A program made the translations under genes and the position numbers. DNA of 64,000 bases from a virus (Duplodnaviria > Heunggongvirae > Uroviricota > Caudoviricetes), in IMG/VR virus record IMGVR_UViG_3300043467_001216. The stretch is one strand, 5' to 3'. Under the pieces are notes generated by a model that did no database searches, was not told the DNA's origin, and saw nothing but the letters and a program-made list of their open reading frames with translations. Numbering within the stretch: position 1 is the stretch's first letter; each line of letters opens with the position of its first letter. This document shows, piece after piece, positions 32,600 to 42,320 of the stretch.

Positions 32600-33508
32600 A
32601 TGGCTACAGGAACGTATGGAACAATAAGACCGGCTGATGTATCACCTGAAGATGTTGATATAATTTTAAATTATACACCATCTAGAGATGAAACGGATAA
32701 TTTTTTATTAACCAAGTTAGATTCAACTGCGGTTTTAAGACCTTATTTTCATAATAATGAAACGGGAGGTAATAATAATGTTGAAATTTTAGGTGGTTTA
32801 TATAATTTAAGATTACCAGCAGAACAATTTAATAAAATAGGTATCTATACTTTATTTATTAGACCGGCAGAAATAAGAACACAAATTTTAGATTGTGGGG
32901 TGTTATCAGCATTACCAAATGTTAGAGGTATTATATTTGATTTAAATCAAGTTCCTTCAGCGTATAGAAACAAATTTGTAACTCAAGGATTGGTTGGATT
33001 TAGAGTTGAATACTTAAATTCTGACGGTACTAAAATACCAAATTTCTTTAGGTTAATAACCTCATCATTTTATTGTGAGCCGGTGATTGAGAATTTAACT
33101 AATACATCACAAAAATCAATTCGATATAGATATACCGATACTGTTACTAACATTATGTTCTGTACTTTATCACCATCAACATCACCAACTAATAAACCAA
33201 CATCTATACCATATATAGGACAACCAAACCAAAACGTAATTATTTCAAATACGTTTTTTAATCCTTTGACATTAGATATTGAAATTGCGGAACACGACTT
33301 TTCTACATTGGCAATTGCTCTATTTGGTAACCAAACTAAGTCTATGGATGATGGTATTTACACGATGTACGATAATGACAACAACATTTACAGACAATAT
33401 AACTTATACGAAATTAGAGACCAATTTAATAAATTATTATATGAAGTTAGACAAGATAGAAATGATAATATTGATTTCAGTAAAAACTTCACAAATATAA
33501 CACAATAA
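32600..33508 (+). CDS. Putative structural protein (302 aa)
   Basis: Preceded by TATTTAT motif; TAATG-coupled to the wedge-like gene. Confidence 0.6.
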   Translation: MATGTYGTIRPADVSPEDVDIILNYTPSRDETDNFLLTKLDSTAVLRPYFHNNETGGNNNVEILGGLYNLRLPAEQFNKIGIYTLFIRPAEIRTQILDCGVLSALPNVRGIIFDLNQVPSAYRNKFVTQGLVGFRVEYLNSDGTKIPNFFRLITSSFYCEPVIENLTNTSQKSIRYRYTDTVTNIMFCTLSPSTSPTNKPTSIPYIGQPNQNVIISNTFFNPLTLDIEIAEHDFSTLAIALFGNQTKSMDDGIYTMYDNDNNIYRQYNLYEIRDQFNKLLYEVRQDRNDNIDFSKNFTNITQ

Positions 33509-36500
33509 TGGCGATTAAAAAATATACTTGTCCCCCAACACCAGCTTCAGGAGCTGGTACATTCTCTGACGATTTAGTTGGATTCCAATTAGTTCAGGGT
33601 GGTGGATTAACACAGGGGAATTTTAATTTTGTAACATCAATTACAGAAAAGAGAAACCGTAATTTTATTACGGGAACATTTTCTGAACCAATAAATCTAA
33701 CTAATTTAGGTTTAAGTGATATTGCACAATCAAAACAAGTATTTGAAGCCAACTTCAAGGTATATCCAAATTTTGATTTAAGTCAAGTTACTAACTTTAC
33801 GATGTATGGTTCTTTAACTAAAAGAATTTCGGTATCAGTTCAAAAAATAATAAGTTATTTCCCAGCAGCAATTGAGTCAACATTTGTGGGGGTTAATTAT
33901 GTTACAGGTAAAACGGCTAGTAACATAGTTTATAATAAGTTAAACAATACTACCACATTTGATTTAGATATTACAAGAATACGAAATCAGTTTGATATTG
34001 ATTTTACAAATGAGTCGACTAGAAACTTAGAGTTAAGAGAAATACCTGTATCACCATTAAGGAATTTAACTGTTGAATATAGTAAATATTTGATGTATTA
34101 CCAAAATGAAGTTTGTGATATTATCTTTATCCAACCAACAAACTCATTAACAACCGGAACGTTAACTGTTTCGGTAAGTGGTAAACCATTTGGTGATAAT
34201 ACTGAGGTATTTCAGAATATAGTTATTAGACCTAACGATTATGAGGTTAGTAAAGTTTTTAATGAAAATTTTGATGAGGTTGAGAAATTTTTATTGAATA
34301 GACAGAGTACTCCAATATACACTAGTAATTTTACTGTTCCTGTTGAAAATGACGATGGTACTTATATCTCAACAAAACAAAAATTGACTTGGCCTTTAAA
34401 TGGAACTTGGAATATTGATATTATGACAGGTTCTTTTAATTTATATTTGACACAACTAAATGATGTTGTTGAAAATATTGACGGGTATAAAACAAATTTA
34501 ATATCAAGGTTTTTAACTACGGGTTCATTTAAAGAGTTTGATACCATAGGGCAAAAAACTGAAAAGACTTTACAGATATACGGTAGAAGTTTTGATGAAA
34601 CTAAAAAATTCATAGACGCTTTGGCGTATATGAATTCAGTTAATTATAATGTGGGTAATGATATACCTTCACAATTACTTAAAAATTTAGCCCAAACATT
34701 AGGTTGGAATACTAATATATCCCCAATTACTAAAGAGGATTTTTTAAAGTCAGTATTTGGTGAAAAAAATCAAGATAAATCTCAATTTTCGGGAGTTAAA
34801 ACCGCGTTAACACCTGATGAGTTAAATTATCAATATTTCAGAAATTTAATATTAAATTCTGCTTATTTGTTTAAATCAAAAGGTACTCGTAAATCCGTTG
34901 AGACTTTAATGAGATTGATTGGTGCTCCTGATGCTTTAGTTGAATTTAACGAACATGTTTATTTAGTTGATAGACCAATTAATTTACGTCAATTTAATTC
35001 ACAATTTGCTCAAATTTCAGGTGGTACTTATGTTGAACAAAAAATTGTGTTAGATGCTAATGACGTGTTCACATTTCAAGGTGTTACATATACAGGTGTT
35101 ACCACAGAATTTTCGATAAAAGACGTGTCATTAACGAGAAATGAATTTCCGATGGATGACTATGGTTATCCGATAGCTCCTGATGATAGTGAAAGTTATT
35201 ATTTCCAAATTGGTAGTGGATGGTTTGAACAAACACCGGCTCATAGAGCTCCGGAAGATATTAAGAGAACAAGTAATACTTTTGTTGGGTCAAATCCTGA
35301 CTATCAAACTTCATTAATTCCTTATACTTACGGTCAAGTTTATCTTGATAGATTTAGAAGATTTCCTTTTATGTCATTAGGGTATAATTTAACTAAAACT
35401 ATTGATAATAATAAAAGTTGGGTAATCAACGAAGTTGGTACTAGAGCTAATTTAGATGGGGGTTACAACTCAAAATATATTGTTGACGATGAAAAATTAG
35501 TTTTAAATGTTAAGAATATTGATTTACATATGAATCCGGCTCAAGGTTTGGTTTATGACGTGTGGTATATGTCAAGAGAGGTGAATTATCCTATACCGAA
35601 TGAGGGGTTATTCTACATTGCTCCGACACATTGTAATCCAACGCCATACTCAACCAATAATATGAAAATGAGTAATACTCAATTTCAATCGTCATTTCCT
35701 AATGTTCAATATCCAATGAAGGGTGGTGTTGATTGGACTGAAATCGACCCAAAACCAAAAAGACAAACGTTTTTTGAATTTGCTCAATCATTTTGGAAAA
35801 ATATGATTAACGTTAGAAATAGACAATATATGACTAACGGTAAATCAATGGGTTATCCAACTTTAGAGTCGATTTATTGGAAATATTTACTATCTGAGAA
35901 GGCAATTGGGGTAACCAATAATAATTTTACATATGATACAATGATACAATATGTAAATGGTTTAGGTGATTATTGGATTAGGTTAGTTGAACAAATGATA
36001 CCGGCAACAACAATATGGACAACAGGTGTTAAATACGAAAATTCAGTTTTTCATAGACAAAAACATGCTTGGAGAAGACAAAGAGGTTGTATAATAGTGC
36101 CAGTACCTTGTAAACCTTGTGCTACCGTTAGTAACTTTTTACCGATAGATTGTCCTATCCAAAGTGTTGAGTGTTCTATATATCCATCAGGAACAAGTAA
36201 TACTATTACGACGTTTTCAGGTGTTTTAGGTAAAGTGATTAATGATTATTTAACCTCAATTGATAAAACGGCTGATAATTGTAATTTAAACGCACTTCAA
36301 ACTGAATGGTATGTTGACTTACGATTAAATGACTCTATTATAATACAAAATAAGTTTTTTAATGGTTCTGGTTATAACGTATTGGCGTTTAGTTCACCAA
36401 CTAATACTCAATGGTATAACGCTTTAGTTGTTGCCTTAGATGATTTAGAGAGTGATGGATATAGTTATACATTAACTAATGATGGTAAGGTAATTATATA

Positions 36501-36582
36501 TAATTCAATATGTTCTGAAAACAGTCAGGGGTTGAATTTTAAAATTAATGTTGGAATAAATTTAAATTTATGTTGTAATTAA
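33508..36582 (+). CDS. Baseplate wedge protein (T4 gp7/P2 gpI-like), 1024 aa
   Basis: IPSQLLKNLAQTLGW...LILNSAYLFKSKGTRKSVETLMRLIG resembles the gpI/gp7 KGT motif. Confidence 0.65.
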   Translation: MAIKKYTCPPTPASGAGTFSDDLVGFQLVQGGGLTQGNFNFVTSITEKRNRNFITGTFSEPINLTNLGLSDIAQSKQVFEANFKVYPNFDLSQVTNFTMYGSLTKRISVSVQKIISYFPAAIESTFVGVNYVTGKTASNIVYNKLNNTTTFDLDITRIRNQFDIDFTNESTRNLELREIPVSPLRNLTVEYSKYLMYYQNEVCDIIFIQPTNSLTTGTLTVSVSGKPFGDNTEVFQNIVIRPNDYEVSKVFNENFDEVEKFLLNRQSTPIYTSNFTVPVENDDGTYISTKQKLTWPLNGTWNIDIMTGSFNLYLTQLNDVVENIDGYKTNLISRFLTTGSFKEFDTIGQKTEKTLQIYGRSFDETKKFIDALAYMNSVNYNVGNDIPSQLLKNLAQTLGWNTNISPITKEDFLKSVFGEKNQDKSQFSGVKTALTPDELNYQYFRNLILNSAYLFKSKGTRKSVETLMRLIGAPDALVEFNEHVYLVDRPINLRQFNSQFAQISGGTYVEQKIVLDANDVFTFQGVTYTGVTTEFSIKDVSLTRNEFPMDDYGYPIAPDDSESYYFQIGSGWFEQTPAHRAPEDIKRTSNTFVGSNPDYQTSLIPYTYGQVYLDRFRRFPFMSLGYNLTKTIDNNKSWVINEVGTRANLDGGYNSKYIVDDEKLVLNVKNIDLHMNPAQGLVYDVWYMSREVNYPIPNEGLFYIAPTHCNPTPYSTNNMKMSNTQFQSSFPNVQYPMKGGVDWTEIDPKPKRQTFFEFAQSFWKNMINVRNRQYMTNGKSMGYPTLESIYWKYLLSEKAIGVTNNNFTYDTMIQYVNGLGDYWIRLVEQMIPATTIWTTGVKYENSVFHRQKHAWRRQRGCIIVPVPCKPCATVSNFLPIDCPIQSVECSIYPSGTSNTITTFSGVLGKVINDYLTSIDKTADNCNLNALQTEWYVDLRLNDSIIIQNKFFNGSGYNVLAFSSPTNTQWYNALVVALDDLESDGYSYTLTNDGKVIIYNSICSENSQGLNFKINVGINLNLCCN

Positions 36583-38726
36583 TGAGTTGTAGTTTAAATT
36601 ATAGTCTTGTTGGTGTAACAGGTGACTGTAGTAATATTAGTGGTGGTTCGTTCAGTATTACAATTACAGGAAGTGCTCCTGATTATAGAATTGAGTGGGT
36701 AAATCCACCTTTAAGTACTGTTTTTTTAGGACCGGGAGTTACAGCGTACACTGCAACATCTTTAACCGCTGGAACGTACTCATTTTTAATTAAAGATAGT
36801 TGTATTGACCCTGAAAATCAAAGTCAGATAGCGTCAATTTATGTGTCAAGTGGGTTATGTACAACAATAACAGGTGTGACTAACACTGTTTGTGATTTAA
36901 ACAATGGTTCACTAAGTGCTTACACGCAATATGATTATGGTAGTAATTTATATTATCTATATCACACAACTTTAGGTTATATTACATCGGGAACAACGAA
37001 TTTAGTGTCAGGACGTTCATTTCAAGGGTTAAGTGCCGGAACGTATTATATGAAAGTTGTTGATAATGGTGGTTGTACTGCAACAACAAATAGTGTTATT
37101 ATCCAAGATTCGACAAATTTAGATTATGATTTGTATGTTGTTAATGATGCCGGTTGTAACGTTAATTCGGGTAAAATTTTTATTAATAATATTAATGGTT
37201 CACCACCTTACACTTATTTATGGTCGAATGGTAAAACAACATCGTCAATAAGTGGTTTAACTCAGGGGTCTTATAGTGTAACTGTTAGTGACAATTCAGG
37301 TTGTGTTGTTGTTAAAACTGCGGATGTGTTAAAAGTTCCGTTAGTTGGACAAGCGGGTCTTTTTGTGACTCAACCATCTTGTTTTGGTAATAATGGGTCA
37401 ATTGAAATAATACTTTCAGGTGGAACTCCACCATTTTTCTATTCGGGTTCAAACGGTACTACCTCAGTAACTTTTGATAGGACAATTAGTTTTAATGGAT
37501 TGGGTGCTGGTAACTTTAATTATTTTGTTCAGGATGCTGGATTATGTTCGTTTATTAGTAGTGTTGCGTTAATCACACCATCATCATTTAATATTGTGTC
37601 AATAACTACAACTAATTCATCGTGTGGTAATAATCAAGGGACATTAAATGTTAATATTTCATCAGGAACACCACCATATGTGTACAAGTTAGTTAACACA
37701 ACGGGTGTTGAGAATTCAATTAGTACGACACTACCAACATACACTTTTACACAATTGGCTTCCGATACATACACTTTTTCAATTACGGACGGTAGTGGAT
37801 GTCAATATGTTAATCAATATGAAATATTAAATGAAGAAGTATTCACATTTACTTTTGTAGTAACGGGTACAACTTGTTCTAAAAATGATGGTATTGTAAA
37901 AATTAATGTTGTTGGTGGTTCAGGCCCATATGTGTATGAATTGAATGGTGAGAGTATAGAGACAAATTTAACTACCGCAACATTTAGTTCATTACCTTCA
38001 GGTAGTTACACCGTTAATGTTACAGATACAGGTGAAAATTGTATTCAGTCTTCAACAGTGTTAGTTAATAGTTCAGAGGGTGTTGATTTCATTTATAATT
38101 CTGGTAATGCGAATTCATCAAATAATGGTTATATTCAATTGTTTATAACAAAAGGTAAAGCTCCTTACACTATAGAATGGAGTGATAATGTTAACGGTCA
38201 GACGGGTTTACTTGTAACAAGTTTGTCAGCGGGAACATATACGGCTAAAGTAACTGATAATAATGGTTGTATTAAAATTAGGACTATAGTGTTAGTTGGT
38301 GTAAATTGTGCAATTACTTATGGTATTTATAATTTATGTGATAGTGAATTTATGAATAATGGTGAATTACTTGAAAAAACACCGATATTAATGTTAAATG
38401 AAGGTTATGTGGATTTAACTGTTGATGAAAATAATTGTATTTTAAATGAAGCTACTTTTGAAGCAATTACAATTGTTAATGAGGTAACTGAAAGTTTAAT
38501 ATTTTATACGACTACATCATTAACGGACGCACCAAGTGAGACATTATTTGCAACTACTGTTAGAAATTTATTGTTGGGTTATGATGGTATTGGTAATGTT
38601 ACAATTAATACAAACACCAATAAAATTACTATCACATCTGATTGTGGTTCAGATGTTAATTTATTAGATTCTAATATCTTAGTTAAATTAAAAATCAATT
38701 ACGAAATATCTTGTGAGACAAGTTAA
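36582..38726 (+). CDS. SprB-repeat fibre/adhesin-like protein
   Basis: About seven G..PY.Y.W....GL..G.Y.V.V.D..GC units, e.g. GSPPYTYLWSNGKTTSSISGLTQGSYSVTVSDNSGC. Confidence 0.75.
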   Translation: MSCSLNYSLVGVTGDCSNISGGSFSITITGSAPDYRIEWVNPPLSTVFLGPGVTAYTATSLTAGTYSFLIKDSCIDPENQSQIASIYVSSGLCTTITGVTNTVCDLNNGSLSAYTQYDYGSNLYYLYHTTLGYITSGTTNLVSGRSFQGLSAGTYYMKVVDNGGCTATTNSVIIQDSTNLDYDLYVVNDAGCNVNSGKIFINNINGSPPYTYLWSNGKTTSSISGLTQGSYSVTVSDNSGCVVVKTADVLKVPLVGQAGLFVTQPSCFGNNGSIEIILSGGTPPFFYSGSNGTTSVTFDRTISFNGLGAGNFNYFVQDAGLCSFISSVALITPSSFNIVSITTTNSSCGNNQGTLNVNISSGTPPYVYKLVNTTGVENSISTTLPTYTFTQLASDTYTFSITDGSGCQYVNQYEILNEEVFTFTFVVTGTTCSKNDGIVKINVVGGSGPYVYELNGESIETNLTTATFSSLPSGSYTVNVTDTGENCIQSSTVLVNSSEGVDFIYNSGNANSSNNGYIQLFITKGKAPYTIEWSDNVNGQTGLLVTSLSAGTYTAKVTDNNGCIKIRTIVLVGVNCAITYGIYNLCDSEFMNNGELLEKTPILMLNEGYVDLTVDENNCILNEATFEAITIVNEVTESLIFYTTTSLTDAPSETLFATTVRNLLLGYDGIGNVTINTNTNKITITSDCGSDVNLLDSNILVKLKINYEISCETS

Positions 38727-38749
38727 TAAAATTTTAAATAAACTAAAAT

Positions 38750-39769
38750 ATGTATTTTTTTGATTTAGAAGATTGGTGTATTAAACAGGCAATTGGGTCT
38801 GATTCTATAGATTTATTTGGAGAACCTCTTGGTTGGCAGGATTTTGGTATTTCATTTATGACGTTTAAAGATGCGTTATTAGATGCTGTTACGGATTGGT
38901 ATGAAAATTCCAATACTACATCATTTACGTATCAATATGACTCAAGTCTAAATTTAGTTTGGCCCTCAAATTATGATAATTATGATACATATTATGGTGG
39001 GTTTACAAATGGAACTGTTTCGACGTTTGACAATGGTTGGACTGACACACCAATAGGATTATCAACAACATATAAAATGGCGGGTGTAGCATCCAATGCT
39101 CTTTATGTAAGTACTAATGGTTATATTATGTTAGGTAGTGGTCGTGGAAATGTGGTTACTACACCAACTAATTCACCTTTACCGGCAATTTTGTGTGGAA
39201 ATCCTGGCGATAATTGGTTAGAACCTGGACTAACTAATACTGACGGTAGTACACAAAATCTTTACGTTAAATCAGACAATGACACTATAGGTGGTGCAAA
39301 ACGTTATACTAAAATTTTAGTTGAAGGTGGTATTGCTGGTTCAACAACAACCTCATCGTCTTGGTTAGCTAACTTTTATAGAGATAGTCAATATCAATGG
39401 TTTGAAACTAGAGCAAAATCAAACCTAAGAGGTAGTGCAGGACCATATAATGTAACTAATGTTGCTCAATCGTCATCAACAACTAGTAAAGTATGGAGAG
39501 GTGATTTAAACGGTCAAAATTGGCAATTTATGGGTACTGGTAGTGTAACATCACCAAAAGCTTGTCCTCAATGTGATACGTATTATAATCAATTTATAAC
39601 AACAACTCAAAGTGTGTCGAATTTTTGGGTTGATGCTGGAAATAATTTTGCAAATACTACACAAGCTAATTTTAATACTTTTGTGCAAAATATGTATCAC
39701 CAACAATGTTTATTAAAACAGTTAATAAAATGTGTTGATGGAGATACGTTTCCAACGTTTGATATTTAA
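38750..39769 (+). CDS. Putative fibre/receptor-binding protein with nidogen(NIDO)-like segment
   Basis: IGLSTTYKMAG..SNALYVSTNGYIMLG resembles the NIDO-like YVSTNG motif; Ser/Thr/Gly-rich core. Confidence 0.45.
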   Translation: MYFFDLEDWCIKQAIGSDSIDLFGEPLGWQDFGISFMTFKDALLDAVTDWYENSNTTSFTYQYDSSLNLVWPSNYDNYDTYYGGFTNGTVSTFDNGWTDTPIGLSTTYKMAGVASNALYVSTNGYIMLGSGRGNVVTTPTNSPLPAILCGNPGDNWLEPGLTNTDGSTQNLYVKSDNDTIGGAKRYTKILVEGGIAGSTTTSSSWLANFYRDSQYQWFETRAKSNLRGSAGPYNVTNVAQSSSTTSKVWRGDLNGQNWQFMGTGSVTSPKACPQCDTYYNQFITTTQSVSNFWVDAGNNFANTTQANFNTFVQNMYHQQCLLKQLIKCVDGDTFPTFDI

Positions 39770-39808
39770 TTATCAAATATATTTAATATTTTTTAAATAA
39801 AAAATATT

Positions 39809-40798
39809 ATGATTGATGAATTAGTTTTTGTATCTGCACAACCTGACATTTCGTATTTTCATTGGCAAACTAAAATTTACATATATAATTTTATTAGTAA
39901 TGGGGTTAAACCTCATCAAATTCATGTTTTGTTTGTTATTTTAAATGGTTCTCAACCTAGTGAAGAATCTTTAATGTTAAAACAATTAGGGGTTAATGTT
40001 CATCATTATGAAGATACTCGAATTGATAAACGATATATCCCGACTTTAAGACCTTTAATTTTATCTAAATGGTTAAAAGAATACCCTGAATTAGGTAAAT
40101 GTTATTTTTATCACGATTCTGATATTATTTTTAGGGAGTTACCGGATTTTGAGAGTCTATTAAATGACGATTTTAGTTATTTGTCGGACACTATCTCATA
40201 CATTGGGTATGATTACATTAAAGAATGTTCAAAACGTTATGAGGATAACCATATTCAATTATATGAAGGTGAATTATTAGACAGGATGTGTAACGTTATT
40301 GGAATATCACCTGAGATTGTTAAAGAAAATCAACTTAATTCTGGAGGTGCTCAATATCTAATTAAAAATACTGATTATTTGTATTGGGAGAAAGTTTTTG
40401 AAGATAGTGAAAATTTGTACAAAATGTTATTTAACTTTCATAAAACTCATCCCATTCAGCACGAGATTCAAATGTGGACTTCAGATATGTGGGCGGTATT
40501 ATGGAATCTTTGGTTAAGAGGTAATGAAACACGTGTCACTAAAAAATTATCGTTTTCTTGGGCTACGGACACCATAGAACAATATGAAAATAAACCGATA
40601 TTACATATGGCTGGAGTTACTTACGATTTAAGTAAAACCAAATTTTATAAAGGTGAATTTATAAATGTTAACCCACTTAAACTTTTAAGTGAGGATGATA
40701 ATTATTTTGACTACATAGAAGATAATAGTTCAACAAAAAAGTATGTGGATGTTATGAAATCATTGATAAAAAACCAAAAAACTGATTATTTATTATAA
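39809..40798 (+). CDS. GT-A-fold glycosyltransferase resembling plant HPAT (GT95) / SGT1 (GT96) peptide O-glycosyltransferases
   Basis: Collinear motifs SYFHWQT, YIPTLRP...KWL, YHDSDIIFR (DxD), GGAQYL, WTSDMWA, PILHMAG. Confidence 0.7.
   Translation: MIDELVFVSAQPDISYFHWQTKIYIYNFISNGVKPHQIHVLFVILNGSQPSEESLMLKQLGVNVHHYEDTRIDKRYIPTLRPLILSKWLKEYPELGKCYFYHDSDIIFRELPDFESLLNDDFSYLSDTISYIGYDYIKECSKRYEDNHIQLYEGELLDRMCNVIGISPEIVKENQLNSGGAQYLIKNTDYLYWEKVFEDSENLYKMLFNFHKTHPIQHEIQMWTSDMWAVLWNLWLRGNETRVTKKLSFSWATDTIEQYENKPILHMAGVTYDLSKTKFYKGEFINVNPLKLLSEDDNYFDYIEDNSSTKKYVDVMKSLIKNQKTDYLL
40787..40793 (+). promoter_or_regulatory. TATTTAT putative phage late promoter
   Basis: 17 nt upstream of ATG 40811, overlapping the end of the glycosyltransferase gene. 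Confidence 0.5.
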
Positions 40799-40810
40799 AT
40801 AATATAATTT

Positions 40811-41179
40811 ATGCCAGAATCAACAAATAGGAATCAATGTGGGGTATTAACAATATTCCCAATGTCTGTTACTTGTAATTCGACAAATCCGTCGACAATA
40901 ACTGCGTCAGATGGTATTGCTAGTTTAGTTATCAATGGTGGTACGCCGCCATATTCAATAACTTGGGCTAATGGTAGTCTAACACAAACAATTACTAATT
41001 TAAGTGTTGGGTCATATACCGCAACTGTTACAGATTCAAATGGTGATTATGTCATTAAAAGTACTTGTGTGTTAAGTGTAACCACGACAACAACATCAAC
41101 CACAACAACAACAACATTACCACCTTGTGTTGATTTCTGTTTGGATTTTACACCCATTGATACGGGTGGATATTATTGA
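40811..41179 (+). CDS. Single SprB-repeat protein with poly-Thr tail (probable N-terminal half of a split fibre gene)
   Basis: GGTPPYSITWANG...NLSVGSYTATVTDSNG; TTTTTSTTTTTTLPP; ends at TGA-TAA-TAG. Confidence 0.65.
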   Translation: MPESTNRNQCGVLTIFPMSVTCNSTNPSTITASDGIASLVINGGTPPYSITWANGSLTQTITNLSVGSYTATVTDSNGDYVIKSTCVLSVTTTTTSTTTTTTLPPCVDFCLDFTPIDTGGYY

Positions 41180-41219
41180 TAATAGACGACGATAAATGAT
41201 AAATAAGATTTAAATATAA

Positions 41220-42302
41220 ATGTATTTTTTTGATTTAGATAAGTTCCATTTTAATTGTGATGGGTATTATAATGGTAAACAATCGTGGTTATCGGATGAT
41301 ACTCAAATTAAAATAATTTGGGATACAACATTAACACCAAATTGTTGGAGATTTTCTAGTACAACATATAATTTGTTTGATACTGTAATAAATATTAATC
41401 CCGCTAGTCCACCAATTAATGGGAATTGGACTTGGGTTGGTAGGGAATATGAAATAACTGCAACACAGGGTGAATGTTCAGATAATGAAGAATTAACAAT
41501 GATTGTTGTTAAAAATAACCCGTCTTGTGAATGTGATGCTAATATCACTCTTTATGGTGAAGGGGGTCAACCACCGTATCAGTATTCATTCGATAATGGT
41601 GTTACATATGGTAATTCACCATTTAAAGATGGTTTGTGTGGTGATTTAAGTTTAACAGTTAAGATTAAGGATAGTGAAGGTACAATTTTTAGTAAATTAG
41701 TTGAAATTCCGGCTCTAATAGAATCAGTTAATTACGTTATTAAGTTAACAGAAATAAGTTCAACAGTGATAACTGTAAATAATCCACGAGTTGAAGAATT
41801 TAAATATAGTGTTACTGTGACACCACCATTACCTAATGGTGTTAGTATTAATTTTAACTTAAATCTTGGAGGTACATTTGTTAAATCACCGTATTCGAAT
41901 TCGGCAACATCGTCATTTAATCCTCAAGTTAAAAAGAATGGTGTTGTAATAACAAACTATACGGATAATACTGCAACAACAACAACAACAAATACCTCAC
42001 CATCGTGTCAAGAATTTCAATTATATACTACTGAATATGAGTATAATTATACTAATTTATCGTATACTAATTCAGATACCTATGAAATTACGGTAATACC
42101 AACATATCAATTAACCTGTAGTAATCCTGCACCATCGACATTATCGTTAGGTCCTTTAAGTTTTCAACAGTCGAATACTGCTTTAAATTGTTGTAATGCT
42201 TATTTCTCAACAACAAATAAATATAGTCTTACAGGTCTAAATATTGAAGGTTGTATTTGTTGTTCGGTATCAAATTGGGAATACTTCTATACTAGAAGTT
42301 AA
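41220..42302 (+). CDS. Cys-rich fibre-like protein with one SprB-like repeat (probable C-terminal half of a split gene)
   Basis: YYNGKQSW module, GGQPPYQYSFDNG...KIKDSEG repeat; starts MYFFDL like the 38750 gene. Confidence 0.6.
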   Translation: MYFFDLDKFHFNCDGYYNGKQSWLSDDTQIKIIWDTTLTPNCWRFSSTTYNLFDTVININPASPPINGNWTWVGREYEITATQGECSDNEELTMIVVKNNPSCECDANITLYGEGGQPPYQYSFDNGVTYGNSPFKDGLCGDLSLTVKIKDSEGTIFSKLVEIPALIESVNYVIKLTEISSTVITVNNPRVEEFKYSVTVTPPLPNGVSINFNLNLGGTFVKSPYSNSATSSFNPQVKKNGVVITNYTDNTATTTTTNTSPSCQEFQLYTTEYEYNYTNLSYTNSDTYEITVIPTYQLTCSNPAPSTLSLGPLSFQQSNTALNCCNAYFSTTNKYSLTGLNIEGCICCSVSNWEYFYTRS

Positions 42303-42320
42303 AAATAAAAAAAATAAAAA

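Noticed and set aside
41177-41219. Single sequencing frameshift as the cause of the split fibre gene
   Set aside because: Stops occur in all three frames of the spacer, so one indel cannot join the ORFs.
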